A program made the position numbers and the translations under genes. Shown here piece by piece: positions 24,951-34,351 of a stretch of DNA of 64,000 nucleotides. Under the pieces are notes generated by a model. The model was given only the letters and a program-made list of their open reading frames with translations, had not been told where the DNA came from and ran no database searches. The stretch lies in contig CAIRTR010000232.1 of NCBI GenBank assembly GCA_903881565.1, positions 31,796-95,795 of the forward strand, in the 5' to 3' direction. Source of the stretch: Oligoflexia bacterium. Its GTDB lineage: Bacteria > Bdellovibrionota > UBA1018. How positions within the stretch are numbered: the stretch's first letter is position 1; each line of letters opens with the position of its first letter.

Positions 24951-26696
24951 TTGAGGAGTAGATTTATGAGTATTGCGAAAAAATGTCACACCTTTGGTAA
25001 GTCACTAATCATCGCGGTGGTGCTGGTTAACTTGGTTCCATTCTCAGCACTGGCAAAACCCTTAACCAAGGCACAGAAGATCGCTGCAGCCAAAAAGGCG
25101 AAGGCGCTGGCGGCACAGAAGCTAACAGCACCTCAACCTGCCGCAATTGCCGCACCTGACGCCGTGACCAAGGCCGAGCTTCAAAAAGCATTGGATGAAA
25201 AAGCGACGCAAATTGTAAGCGCAGTTGAAGCAACTTTAAAAAGAGAGCGTGAAGCAGCGGTTGCCGCCGCTGCCGCAGAAGCCGCAAAACGCGCTCCTGC
25301 CGTTGCAGCCAAGTCTGAGTCCCCTGCTCTCCCAGCTGCTGGCCCTCAGTCAGCAGCTTTACCTGCTGCCGCCGCCAAGGTCGAGCCCGCAGCAAAAGCC
25401 CCAAAGTTTGATGAACTCACAATGGCCGAAATCCCTGGCGCGTTTCTTAATTTTCAACTCGTAGAGGAGAACGCTTCAACCGCCGGTTCCAAAGCCACCT
25501 TTTTCGGAATGGTTTTCGATGATTGCCAAGGCTTCTTCGATATTCAAAACACCTCTCTGAATAGAGATATCTCTACCGACAGCTCTGCCCCGAACGGCTC
25601 TTCGATTGGATTTTCGATCCGTGACGAAGACGGCAAGGGACGAGCCTGCATGAGAAAACATAAATTAGCGGGCGATGTTTGCGGCAAGACCGCGCCTTTG
25701 ACTTGCTCTCGTCTTTCCAGAGTCTATCCCGGTGCTACTTTCGATATGACTGCCGAAAAAGACGGTACCCCTCGTCTGTGTCACCTTGATCCAAACAACG
25801 ATCTCACCCCGCTGATTTGTGAAGACTTCAGCCCCGCTCTCCCTAAGCACCTCACGCTCAAGACGAGACGGGATCTCAAATTGCGGGCAGCAATCGCGAA
25901 TAACACGAGAATCACGGAGACTTGCCGAGGCAATTTAGACGAACTCGCCCAGGCTCGTGAGGCGGCTGACAAACTTCTCGACCTCAAAGTTACTCAGGAT
26001 GTCGTGGACAGAATCAAAAAAGAACTCGACGCTGCTGAAAAGGCGCTGAACGCGAAGAAAACTTCCGATGATCTCGCGTCCCTCACCTCTCGCGTGAAAA
26101 AAGCAACGATTGATGACCTCGAGTCCCTCCGTGAAGAACTTGGCGCATACGCTAAAGCTAACCCAGAATCTGGAGAGAAACTTGCGCCCCTGTATCACGA
26201 TATCGCACTCAAGTACGTCAACCGCAAGAATGCCGACGGCCCTTCTTTCCAAGCTGCTTCTGACACTTTAGCCGAAGCCGGTGAGCTCTCGGGTCTGAAA
26301 CCTCAGACTCAATTACGACTTGAAAACTACCAACTCGACCTTGCAGTCGGCAACGTTCAGACACTGGGACAGTACGGAGTGCAGAACAACTACATGTTCT
26401 ACCCTGCTTACTACTCGCTGATGAACGACCTTCAAACTAAAGCGATGTCCTCTTGCAGCGGCCCTTACGCAAGCCAAGAAGCCTGCGCAAGTGTGATGAC
26501 GGCGTCACGAGCGGCTTCACAGATTCCAGTAAAGGCGCAGCAAATTGACCAACAACGCATGCAAGTCCAGCAACAAATGCAACAAGCCATGGGCGCAGGC
26601 GGAATGACGATGCCGATGAATGGCGGAATGGCCGGCCCTTCAGGCGGAATGGGCGCAGGACTTGGCTTCGGATTCGGCGCACAAGGACGGATCTAG
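24951..26696 (+). CDS. Secreted hypothetical protein, Ala-rich N-terminal region and Gly/Met-rich C-terminus
   Basis: The signal peptide (…SLIIAVVLVNLVPFSALA) has an alternative start at MSIAKK (24966). It has low-complexity AAAKKAKALAAQK / AAVAAAAAEAAKRAPAVAAK repeats and a C-terminal GAGGMTMPMNGGMAGPSGGMGAGLGFGFGA. Confidence 0.65.
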   Translation: MRSRFMSIAKKCHTFGKSLIIAVVLVNLVPFSALAKPLTKAQKIAAAKKAKALAAQKLTAPQPAAIAAPDAVTKAELQKALDEKATQIVSAVEATLKREREAAVAAAAAEAAKRAPAVAAKSESPALPAAGPQSAALPAAAAKVEPAAKAPKFDELTMAEIPGAFLNFQLVEENASTAGSKATFFGMVFDDCQGFFDIQNTSLNRDISTDSSAPNGSSIGFSIRDEDGKGRACMRKHKLAGDVCGKTAPLTCSRLSRVYPGATFDMTAEKDGTPRLCHLDPNNDLTPLICEDFSPALPKHLTLKTRRDLKLRAAIANNTRITETCRGNLDELAQAREAADKLLDLKVTQDVVDRIKKELDAAEKALNAKKTSDDLASLTSRVKKATIDDLESLREELGAYAKANPESGEKLAPLYHDIALKYVNRKNADGPSFQAASDTLAEAGELSGLKPQTQLRLENYQLDLAVGNVQTLGQYGVQNNYMFYPAYYSLMNDLQTKAMSSCSGPYASQEACASVMTASRAASQIPVKAQQIDQQRMQVQQQMQQAMGAGGMTMPMNGGMAGPSGGMGAGLGFGFGAQGRI

Positions 26697-26740
26697 AATC
26701 TAACAAGCACAATCGCATCGCGTTAAAAACCGAACCCTCA

Positions 26741-26783
26741 AAAGCCCTCAGCTGATAAAGTTGAGGGCTTTTGTTTTTTTTAT
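26741..26783 (+). terminator. Rho-independent terminator
   Basis: Stem AGCCCTCA...TGAGGGCT followed by TTTTGTTTTTTTT. Confidence 0.8.
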
Positions 26784-26855
26784 TTGACGTTCGCTTTGAT
26801 CCGAGTTTACTTCTAGGGAGTTGATTTTGTTTTATCTTTTTAAGGGGGTACTCAG

Positions 26856-27062
26856 ATGGCATCCGGTTCAGTAAAATGGTTCAACGATAGCAAAGGTTAC
26901 GGTTTCATTCAGGCAGATGGCGTGGAACGAGAAGTTTTTGTCCACTATACGGCTATTACGGGCGAAGGTTTCAAAACTCTCGCTGAAGGCCAAGTAGTGA
27001 ATTTCGAACTCATCGATGGCCCTAAAGGCCCCCAAGCTTCGAACGTCTTGAAGGCGAACTAA
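26856..27062 (+). CDS. csp: Cold-shock protein (CspA family)
   Basis: [19 protein letters not shown]...VFVHYTAI carries the RNP1/RNP2 cold-shock motifs. It is 68 aa. Confidence 0.95.
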   Translation: MASGSVKWFNDSKGYGFIQADGVEREVFVHYTAITGEGFKTLAEGQVVNFELIDGPKGPQASNVLKAN

Positions 27063-27087
27063 AGCCCATTAGAAATTTGAAATTCTC

Positions 27088-27122
27088 AAAGCAGGGTACT
27101 TCGGTACCCTGCTTTTTTTTTG
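27088..27122. terminator. Bidirectional rho-independent terminator between csp and the convergent aldehyde dehydrogenase gene
   Basis: GCAGGGTAC-ttcg-GTACCCTGC followed by a T9 run, with an A-rich tract on the other side. Confidence 0.8.
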
Positions 27123-27147
27123 CTCTTTATCTGCGGGCTTTGGGGGC

Positions 27148-28677
27148 CTAATCCAGTCCTGGGTACTTTTTAAGCGTCGCCGGCGGCTCCGGGATTTCAA
27201 TCGACGTGACCGGAATCATGCAATACATCGCTGAAAAAAGCGCCGTCGCATAGTGGTTTCCGCTCTTTTTAAGCCCGCCAAAAGGCAACTTCGAAGAGCC
27301 TCCCACGGTCGAGCGATTCCAGTTGATCAAACCCGTTTCGAGTTCAGAGACGCATTTTTCAAACACGCTCCGGCTCCTCGTAAACACGCTTGAAACCAGA
27401 CCGTATTGAGTGGCGTTTGCAAGCGCAAGCGCGTGATCAAGATTGTCGGTGGTCAAAATCGCGGCATTAGGACCAAAAATTTCGGTCTGCTGATAAACGC
27501 TTTTCAAGGCTGCTTCGACCGAGTTTTCGGAAACCATGCAAATCGAGGGGGTCACATAATTGGCCCCGGAACCCTTTACGCCTTCAACTTCTATGGATTT
27601 TCCGCGCATAATCACTTCGCACTTTTCGCGAGTCGCGATCCCAATGAACTTCATGTAGCGATCAACCGCTCCCTGATCAATCATGGGGCCCATAAAGGGC
27701 TGATTCAGGGGATGTCCAATCGTGAAGGTCTTCGCACGCTGGTGAAACCGAGACAAAAACTGATCCAGCAGGTTTTTATGAACGATAATCCGACTGGTCG
27801 CCGTGCAGCGCTGGCCAGCGGTGATAAACGCGCCCACTAAAGTTTCTTGAATGGCATATTCGAGATCGGCGTCTTCCCACACAATCGCCGAATTTTTTCC
27901 ACCCAATTGAAGCACCAGGAGCTTCCAGTGCTGCTGAAGCGTTTCCTGCTTAATACGGGTCCCGACTTCAAAGGAGCCCGAAAATAAAACCCCCGCGACA
28001 TCGGGATGCGCACAAAGCCTTCGCCCCACTTCACGCTCGCCTTGCACCAGATTGAAAACGCCGGGTGGAAATCCCGCCTCCTCAAAGCACTCCGCTATCA
28101 CTTGACCCACAAAGGGAGTCTTTTCGGAGGGCTTCAGAACAACCGTGTTGCCCGAAGTGATGGCGGGAACAATATGTCCCAAGGCGACGCTTCCTGGAAA
28201 ATTAAACGGGGTGATGACTGCTAAAACCCCCAACGGTCGATAACGGGTGACTCCAGCGATGTCTCCATCGGAAACTGAAAGCGCGATCTCTTTGGGCGCA
28301 CGATTCGCGTCATCAAGGGCAAATTTAACTTTTCCCAACATCGATTCAAATTCGGTCTCAGACTCCCATAGCGGCTTGCCTGTCTCACGAGAGATAACCT
28401 GAACAAGAGCCTCGTGCCGCGCCTCAAGCGCCGTCTTAAGCTTGGAGAGATAATTCCCTCGTGTGGCCGAATCCGTTTTCTTCCAGGTCTGGGACGCCTC
28501 GCGGGCACTCGCAACGGCATTTTCAATCTGGCGGTAGGAATAGGTGATTTTTGCAATCTCGTCCAAGGGGTCCGCGGGGCTACGTGCTACCCACTCGCCA
28601 CTCGGATCCGTGGTGACCTCGAAAATGTTCCGCACAAAACTTCCGCGATAATACAATTTATTCCAGGCTTGTGTCAT
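27148..28677 (-). CDS. Aldehyde dehydrogenase, succinylglutamate-semialdehyde dehydrogenase (AstD)-like
   Basis: 509 aa with ALDH catalytic blocks GGKNS, TAGQRCT, EIFGP, and the AstD-like C-terminus LPFGGLKKSGNH...LKKYPGLD. Confidence 0.7.
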   Translation of the reverse strand: MTQAWNKLYYRGSFVRNIFEVTTDPSGEWVARSPADPLDEIAKITYSYRQIENAVASAREASQTWKKTDSATRGNYLSKLKTALEARHEALVQVISRETGKPLWESETEFESMLGKVKFALDDANRAPKEIALSVSDGDIAGVTRYRPLGVLAVITPFNFPGSVALGHIVPAITSGNTVVLKPSEKTPFVGQVIAECFEEAGFPPGVFNLVQGEREVGRRLCAHPDVAGVLFSGSFEVGTRIKQETLQQHWKLLVLQLGGKNSAIVWEDADLEYAIQETLVGAFITAGQRCTATSRIIVHKNLLDQFLSRFHQRAKTFTIGHPLNQPFMGPMIDQGAVDRYMKFIGIATREKCEVIMRGKSIEVEGVKGSGANYVTPSICMVSENSVEAALKSVYQQTEIFGPNAAILTTDNLDHALALANATQYGLVSSVFTRSRSVFEKCVSELETGLINWNRSTVGGSSKLPFGGLKKSGNHYATALFSAMYCMIPVTSIEIPEPPATLKKYPGLD

Positions 28678-30173
28678 ATACAGGTTTTCTCGATGAGTTT
28701 TTCGTAGAATAGAACGGCTTTTTCCAACTCTTCTATCAATACATGTTCATTAGGACCATGAGCGTTGCCGCCCGAAAGCCCAGGACCAAATCCAATAGCT
28801 TCATAACCCGCCTGAAAGAACTGTGCCGCTTCACTTGAGGAGGACTGTTTATCGAAGTGCGGCTCCATTCCTGCGGCGGCCATCGCTTCGCGACATTTCA
28901 AAATCAAGGGTTGCTCGGCATTCATTTGGAGACCTGAGTTCAACTTAACCCGCCCAAAATTAATATTGAGACTGGGATAGCTTGCCGCAATTTTTTGGAC
29001 ACCTTGTTGTACGGTCTTTTCCATTTCCTCTGCGAAGGTTCCGGGCAAGAACCGGGCGTCAAACTGGAGCTCCAGGCGCCCTGGCTTTTGAATCAGACGG
29101 CCAAAATTGAGCGAAGAATAGGGAGGCCGATAAGCATCGTCACGGGACTTCGTGAGCTCCTCCGCCGAGATCGTGAAAAACCGAAGGACCTCGAGAAAAC
29201 AGGGGAAAAGCGTATCGGGTAAAAAACGAATCCCCGTATCGCCTGCTCCTCCAAATTCAACCCGAAAAGAACTGCGCGGCAGGGTGGGGTCCACAGCGGC
29301 GTCCGGCTTCGCGACTTCTCGAAAAAACCGTTTGAAGTCTTCAAATTGATGTGAAGTGAGATAGAACTGAATCAAGGAATGATCAGGAACTTTCGAAACG
29401 GTATCGCCGCCTTCAAAGTAGGTAAAACGAAGATCAAACCCGCTTTCGATCGTACGATCCACGAAGTTAACGCCTTCATGAATAGCGTTCACGCCTTTTT
29501 CTGGAAAGGCCCCGTGCGCAGAGCGCCCAAACGTATGCAGATCAATACGGCGATTAAAGCCGCGCGCATCTCGTTCGATTTGCTGGTAATCAATTGTGAG
29601 TTTAAAGGTATTTACGGCTTTGTGCTCAAAAACAACCTTGAGCTCTGACGGCTCTCCCACTGCCACATAGGAAGGATTCAGAATATTTGATTTGATGAGA
29701 TATTTAATTCCAAAATTCCCCAACTCTTCGCCACAGCTCCCTACGAGATACAGCGGCATTCGAAGCTTCTTCTCGCGAAACTTGGTCACTGCCCTTAGCT
29801 TGCAAAGAAAATCAAGCTTGCCATCGGCGGAACCCAATCCAAAAATTTTTCCGTCTCGAACCACAGCCTGAAAAGGATCGCCTCCGGTTTCCGTCCATCC
29901 GGTAAGAAGACCGGGCGTCACGGTATCAAGGTGAGTTGAAAGCAAGAGGCCTTTGCGTATTTTTCTATCAACAAGGGGATCGCCGAGGACACCCACCACA
30001 TTAAACTGCCGCTTGGAGACCCCCTCAAAAGAATGGGTCACCTGCTGAAGGGTCGACCGCAAACCTCGGTCCGTCATCATGGTAGAGACAAAATTGGCGA
30101 TTTCTTCGTTACCATCGCCGCTGACGGAGCGAATCTTAATGAGTTGCTTAGCGTCTTCTAGAAGTCTTTTCAT
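28674..30173 (-). CDS. M20-family metallopeptidase/deacylase (ArgE/DapE-like)
   Basis: HLDTV metal-binding motif, GSADGKLD, and GPG..GG.AHGPNEHV near the C-terminus. It overlaps the astD-like start by 4 nt. The start is set at MKRLLEDAKQLI (30173). Confidence 0.75.
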   Translation of the reverse strand: MKRLLEDAKQLIKIRSVSGDGNEEIANFVSTMMTDRGLRSTLQQVTHSFEGVSKRQFNVVGVLGDPLVDRKIRKGLLLSTHLDTVTPGLLTGWTETGGDPFQAVVRDGKIFGLGSADGKLDFLCKLRAVTKFREKKLRMPLYLVGSCGEELGNFGIKYLIKSNILNPSYVAVGEPSELKVVFEHKAVNTFKLTIDYQQIERDARGFNRRIDLHTFGRSAHGAFPEKGVNAIHEGVNFVDRTIESGFDLRFTYFEGGDTVSKVPDHSLIQFYLTSHQFEDFKRFFREVAKPDAAVDPTLPRSSFRVEFGGAGDTGIRFLPDTLFPCFLEVLRFFTISAEELTKSRDDAYRPPYSSLNFGRLIQKPGRLELQFDARFLPGTFAEEMEKTVQQGVQKIAASYPSLNINFGRVKLNSGLQMNAEQPLILKCREAMAAAGMEPHFDKQSSSSEAAQFFQAGYEAIGFGPGLSGGNAHGPNEHVLIEELEKAVLFYEKLIEKTCI

Positions 30174-30246
30174 TTTTCTATGAGATATCACGCGCTTATT
30201 TTTGTTGCAAGGAAACCACACCCTTCGCTAACCTAGATAAACAGCG

Positions 30247-31047
30247 ATGAACAAATTCCTTTCTTCAACTTTTTTGGCGCTCTCTTTTCTCGGCCCTTGT
30301 CTTTGTTCTCTTCCGGCCACTACAGGCTTTGCCGCCGACCCTTGGCAAGTGATGAAAGAACAGTATTCCGCGGGAAAATACGAGAGCGCAATCTCCCTTC
30401 TCCAGGAACACCCTGAAGAAACGAGTAACTATTATTATAACCTTGGAACGCTTTTTCTCCGAACTGAAAAAATGGGAAAAGCGATGGCCTATCTCGAAAA
30501 AGCCAACCGTTTAAAGCCATACGACCCCGCGATTCAACAAAACCTTTATGTGGCGCGAGAGCATCTGAGTCGAACTCAGGGGGCAGAAACAATTGACGCC
30601 GCCTCTAACGCGATCGAGAAGGTAGCCGACCGCATCTCTCTCAATGAACTCCGGGGGATTCTGGGCATGGTAGGACTGTGCCTTGTCCTGATGTGGCTTA
30701 GAGGTTATCTGAAGACACGCAGCATTCAACGCACCTTTTTGACTCTCTCAGGATTTGTCGCCAGCTTAGGCATGCTCATCACCTTGAGTCTGTATGGGGC
30801 GCAGCGCATCACAGAGAGCCATCCTGCTGCTGTCTGCTTAGACCCTACGGCTATACGAAGCGGCCCGGCTGATACATTTTTGGAGCTTTCGAAAATCGAT
30901 GCCGGAACGAAGGTTCGAGCGCTAGGACCCACTGCGACAGCACCGAATTCGACAAACCCCTCCGCTCCCGAAGAACTCTGGAGGCAAATCAAGTTTTCAG
31001 AGGACGGAATTGGGTGGGTACGGGCCTCGAACATATTGCTCTTATGA
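30247..31047 (+). CDS. TPR-repeat protein with predicted TM segment and C-terminal SH3-like region (BatE-like)
   Basis: Signal/TM N-terminus, a TPR-like YYYNLGTLFLRTEKMGKAMAYLEKA, an internal hydrophobic helix, and the C-terminus GWVRASNILLL. Confidence 0.55.
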   Translation: MNKFLSSTFLALSFLGPCLCSLPATTGFAADPWQVMKEQYSAGKYESAISLLQEHPEETSNYYYNLGTLFLRTEKMGKAMAYLEKANRLKPYDPAIQQNLYVAREHLSRTQGAETIDAASNAIEKVADRISLNELRGILGMVGLCLVLMWLRGYLKTRSIQRTFLTLSGFVASLGMLITLSLYGAQRITESHPAAVCLDPTAIRSGPADTFLELSKIDAGTKVRALGPTATAPNSTNPSAPEELWRQIKFSEDGIGWVRASNILLL

Positions 31048-31070
31048 AGAGCTTGTTTTAGTGTCGACCT

Positions 31071-31724
31071 ATGGTTTTTCAGAAGCTTAAATTTATCCTC
31101 CCCGTCGTGCTATTTTCTCTCGCCCTTGGCCTGTTTGGTTGCTCCGGAAAGCAAATCGACGAAAACGACCCAGGCGCACTCTTTAGAGAAGCGGAAGAAG
31201 AAATCAAAGGCGACCATTATCAGATCGCGATTGAGAAACTTCGCGTGGTCAAAAACAAATTTCCCTACTCTAAGTTTTCGATCGATTCCGAACTCCGCAT
31301 CGCCGATATTTATTTCCTTCAGGAATCTTGGGGCGAATCCGCGGTCTCTTATGAGTCCTTCAGGGATCTTCACCCTAAACACGAAAAAGCTGCCTATGCG
31401 ATGTTCCGGGTTGGGAAATCCTACTTCAACGATGTTCCGGGTAATGTCGCACGAGACCTGACGTCTGCTCAAAAAGGGGTCGAAGCCTACGGTGATTTTG
31501 TGAGGCGCTTTCCTGCCGACCCACAAGCAAAAGAAGCTCAAACTGATATCGCCACCCTTCGCAAAACCCTAGCCGACAAAGAACTCTATATTGCAAATTT
31601 CTATCTGCGGCGCGACCTCCTGGACTCCGCCCGTCCCCGCTTCAAGAAAATTGTCGATCTTTATCCTGAAACACCTGCAGCCACCGAAGCAAAAGAGAAA
31701 ATTGCGAAAATCGACTCCAAATAG
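31071..31724 (+). CDS. bamD: Outer-membrane protein assembly factor BamD (TPR lipoprotein)
   Basis: Lipobox LGLFGC-SG, with ALFREAEEEIKGDHYQIAIEKL, RIADIYF and ELYIANFYLRR typical of BamD/YfiO. Confidence 0.75.
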   Translation: MVFQKLKFILPVVLFSLALGLFGCSGKQIDENDPGALFREAEEEIKGDHYQIAIEKLRVVKNKFPYSKFSIDSELRIADIYFLQESWGESAVSYESFRDLHPKHEKAAYAMFRVGKSYFNDVPGNVARDLTSAQKGVEAYGDFVRRFPADPQAKEAQTDIATLRKTLADKELYIANFYLRRDLLDSARPRFKKIVDLYPETPAATEAKEKIAKIDSK

Positions 31725-31737
31725 GGGGACGCTTAAA

Positions 31738-32460
31738 ATGCCTCGCGCAGGACTCGATCAGGAAATTCAAGAGCTACTCAATCAGCGTCATTTTGACAAA
31801 GCGAAGACTCTTATTGACGGCTGGATTGAGCAGGAGCCGGACAGCGCCGACGCCTTCTATTTTTTGGGCGTCGCTTTTTATTTTCAAGGTCAATTAGGGC
31901 AAACGGTTGAGCATCTTAAAAAGGCACTTTCCCTTGATCCCCACCACACGGATGCCAGCATCTGTCTTTCCGTTCTCTATAATGACATCGGAAAATACGA
32001 CGACGCAGGAAAAGTCTTTGAGCAGGCCAACCAGTCTGTCTCCCAAAAAGAAAAATCAGGAACCGACGAAGTCGATAAAAAATTTGCGGTTAAGCATCTC
32101 GAAATTGCCGACCTCTATTATCGCTACCGTCGCTTCGATGAAGCCATTGAAGAATACAGTAAAGCGATCCTACTGGACCCCTCGACGCTCGACATTCGGA
32201 TTCGTCGCGCGAAGGCTTATGCAAAAAAGGGGTTTTCGACTCGCTCCCTTCAAGAACTCCAGCAACTCAAACGTGAACATCCGGATTTTTTGCCCGGAAA
32301 ACTTCAACTGGGACTTCTCCATTATAGCCAAGCTAACATTCTGGATGCAGAGCTTGAATGGGAGGGCGTGCTTGAGCAGGAGCCCATGAATCGTGAGGCT
32401 CTTGCTTACCTTGAAATGGCTAGAAAAAATCGCGTGAAATCCGCGCCGACCAAAAACTAA
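31738..32460 (+). CDS. TPR-repeat protein
   Basis: Several TPR units (AFYFLGVAFYFQGQLGQTVEHLKKALSLDP; IADLYYRYRRFDEAIEEYSKAILLDP). The start is chosen at MPRAGLD with SD AGGGGGA; the ORF-track start at 31591 overlaps bamD. Confidence 0.7.
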   Translation: MPRAGLDQEIQELLNQRHFDKAKTLIDGWIEQEPDSADAFYFLGVAFYFQGQLGQTVEHLKKALSLDPHHTDASICLSVLYNDIGKYDDAGKVFEQANQSVSQKEKSGTDEVDKKFAVKHLEIADLYYRYRRFDEAIEEYSKAILLDPSTLDIRIRRAKAYAKKGFSTRSLQELQQLKREHPDFLPGKLQLGLLHYSQANILDAELEWEGVLEQEPMNREALAYLEMARKNRVKSAPTKN

Positions 32461-33023
32461 TTCTGCAGTGCTCGCACGGTAAGCGAAGGCGGAATGTCCC
32501 GAATCGCTACCGGACTCGTAACCGGAGCCAGCTCTTCTTTTTCACTCTGAGCATCTGCCGGACGCTTTTGAGAATTAATCGTGATCAAATGCGCGCGAAG
32601 CTCTTTGAACATCGGTTGCTTGATTGAATATTCGTTTTCCTGCAGCACCACTTGTTTTGCGATCTGCTCTTTTAAGTTCACAACAATGGGTGCTTTGATG
32701 TTCGCCGTCATCTGCGTGATATCTTCTGGGATCGTCAGGATGCTAAACACTGCCGACTGATTCACGTTATCTAATTTCAATTCACGCAGCTCCGCCGCGG
32801 ATAGGCGCACTGAATAGTCCGTCCTGAAAAGCTTGGGTTCGAGGACAGGAAAAGCAATCTCGGGATTCTCTAGCGACTGGAGCCATAGAATCAGCGTTTC
32901 ATCGCCCGGATCAACCAGGGCAAAGCGCGTATACTCAGGAAAGCCAAAGATCCCCTGAGGAATTACAATTTTCTCGTCGTCACCGATGGTGAGCTGTCCA
33001 AAACGTCCTGTTTTAATGATCAC
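32457..33023 (-). CDS. fliW: Flagellar assembly factor FliW (with C-terminal extension)
   Basis: MIIKTGRFGQLTIGDDEKIVIPQGIFGFPEYTRFALVD...ILWLQSLENPEIAFPVLEP is the FliW core. It is 188 aa against about 150 typically, and sits adjacent to csrA. Confidence 0.85.
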   Translation of the reverse strand: MIIKTGRFGQLTIGDDEKIVIPQGIFGFPEYTRFALVDPGDETLILWLQSLENPEIAFPVLEPKLFRTDYSVRLSAAELRELKLDNVNQSAVFSILTIPEDITQMTANIKAPIVVNLKEQIAKQVVLQENEYSIKQPMFKELRAHLITINSQKRPADAQSEKEELAPVTSPVAIRDIPPSLTVRALQN

Positions 33024-33050
33024 GCTCGTGTCCCCTTTGTTATAGCTTCT

Positions 33051-33272
33051 TCACGCCTTCAGAGCCTTCGAAACTTGCACCATGCTTACGGCCTTCACTG
33101 CTTCCTTGTTTTGATCTTGGATAGCAGCATAGACCTCTTCACGATGAATTTTCGTCTCTTTGGGCGCTTGAATGCCAAGCCTCACCTGTTTACCTTTGAT
33201 CTGCACCACCACAATTTTAATGTGGTCGTCGATCGCAATGCTTTCCCCGAGCTTTCGGGTTAGTACTAACAT
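33051..33272 (-). CDS. csrA: Carbon storage regulator CsrA
   Basis: MLVLTRKLGESIAIDDHIKIVVVQIKGKQVRLGIQAPKETKIHREEVY is near-canonical CsrA. Confidence 0.95.
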   Translation of the reverse strand: MLVLTRKLGESIAIDDHIKIVVVQIKGKQVRLGIQAPKETKIHREEVYAAIQDQNKEAVKAVSMVQVSKALKA

Positions 33273-33349
33273 AAGATCTCCATATCTGCCTAAAGCAAGT
33301 ATTCCCTCACGGTTGAACGTTTATTCTAACGCCCCGCCACTTGCAACTG

Positions 33350-34348
33350 CTACTTTAAAAAATCCATTAAGGTCGGCTGAATCAGCTTATGTGAACTTGC
33401 TAACGCGTTTCTCAAAACAGCCTCCTCTCTCGACGAATCACTCACCACCTTTGCCATGTCTGCATCCTCAATTGCTGAACTCAGGCTTGCATTTGTAATA
33501 TTATGACGCTCCAAAGCGTTGCCCGTACTTTCAATTCCCTGGAGCCGAGAACCGAGCCGAGCGCGCATCGTAATTACGCGGCCCTGAATCTGATCCAAAC
33601 GCTCTAAAGTTGTGCGAACGCCTTCGGTATCTCCGGTCAAAAGAGAGATTCGAAGATTCTGTATCTCATCAAAAACATTAACATTTTGTGATTGCTCCGG
33701 CCCAGGAGCCCCAGCAGATTCAAGTGCGGAGGCCGGGGTGCGCGCCGGGGGTGCGTCATAGCCACTATTCCCGTTATTTCTAAAATCAGATGAGCTCTTG
33801 GGCTGCGTATTAAATGCTTCAACTCCAGAGACGTTGGTCGCCACAAAAACGTCTTTTGCGATCTCCACCATCATCTGACCTGCGTCACCTTGGAAGCGCC
33901 CTTCTCCATCGATGGGAGGCTTTTGCGTCTTGAATCCTCCGAACAAATATCGATCACCGATCCGTCGGTTTGCCGTCGCCACAGCTTGTTGAAAAAGTTG
34001 CTGAACTTCTTCCGCGACACCCAATCTTGTGTCTTCACTCGTATTGGCGTCGCTGGATTGGCTCAAGGCAATTTCTTTTGCACGAACAAGAATATCCGTG
34101 ATCTCCCCAAGCGCGTGCTCGGTGTTTCCCAAGAATGTTTGCGCGAGTTTTGAATTCATTTGAAACTGATCGTTATTCACTTTGTCCGTCCTAATCTCCA
34201 GGAGCTTTGAGACTCCCACGGGGTCATCTGAAGGCGCATTGATCTTCTTCATCGTTGCCGATTGGGTCTGAAGACCTTCCATCCGCTCACGACTCCTTCG
34301 GATCGAATCCTTCACTGTTTCAAAATTTGTATTCTCCGTGACTCTCAT
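33350..34348 (-). CDS. flgL: Flagellar hook-associated protein 3 (FlgL)
   Basis: Flagellin-like N-terminus MRVTENTNFETVKDSIRRSRERMEGLQTQ and C-terminal helical region. It is positioned after flgK. Confidence 0.8.
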   Translation of the reverse strand: MRVTENTNFETVKDSIRRSRERMEGLQTQSATMKKINAPSDDPVGVSKLLEIRTDKVNNDQFQMNSKLAQTFLGNTEHALGEITDILVRAKEIALSQSSDANTSEDTRLGVAEEVQQLFQQAVATANRRIGDRYLFGGFKTQKPPIDGEGRFQGDAGQMMVEIAKDVFVATNVSGVEAFNTQPKSSSDFRNNGNSGYDAPPARTPASALESAGAPGPEQSQNVNVFDEIQNLRISLLTGDTEGVRTTLERLDQIQGRVITMRARLGSRLQGIESTGNALERHNITNASLSSAIEDADMAKVVSDSSREEAVLRNALASSHKLIQPTLMDFLK

Positions 34349-34351
34349 TTA

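Noticed and set aside
25027-25404. 125-aa reverse-strand ORF inside the Ala-rich secreted-protein gene
   Set aside because: It is an antisense frame through GC-rich repetitive codons (poly-Ala region), a typical shadow ORF.
31907-32389. 160-aa plus-strand ORF in an alternative frame of the TPR protein gene
   Set aside because: It lies entirely within the better-supported TPR frame (31738-32460) and has a Ser/Thr/Lys-rich low-complexity translation with no start context.
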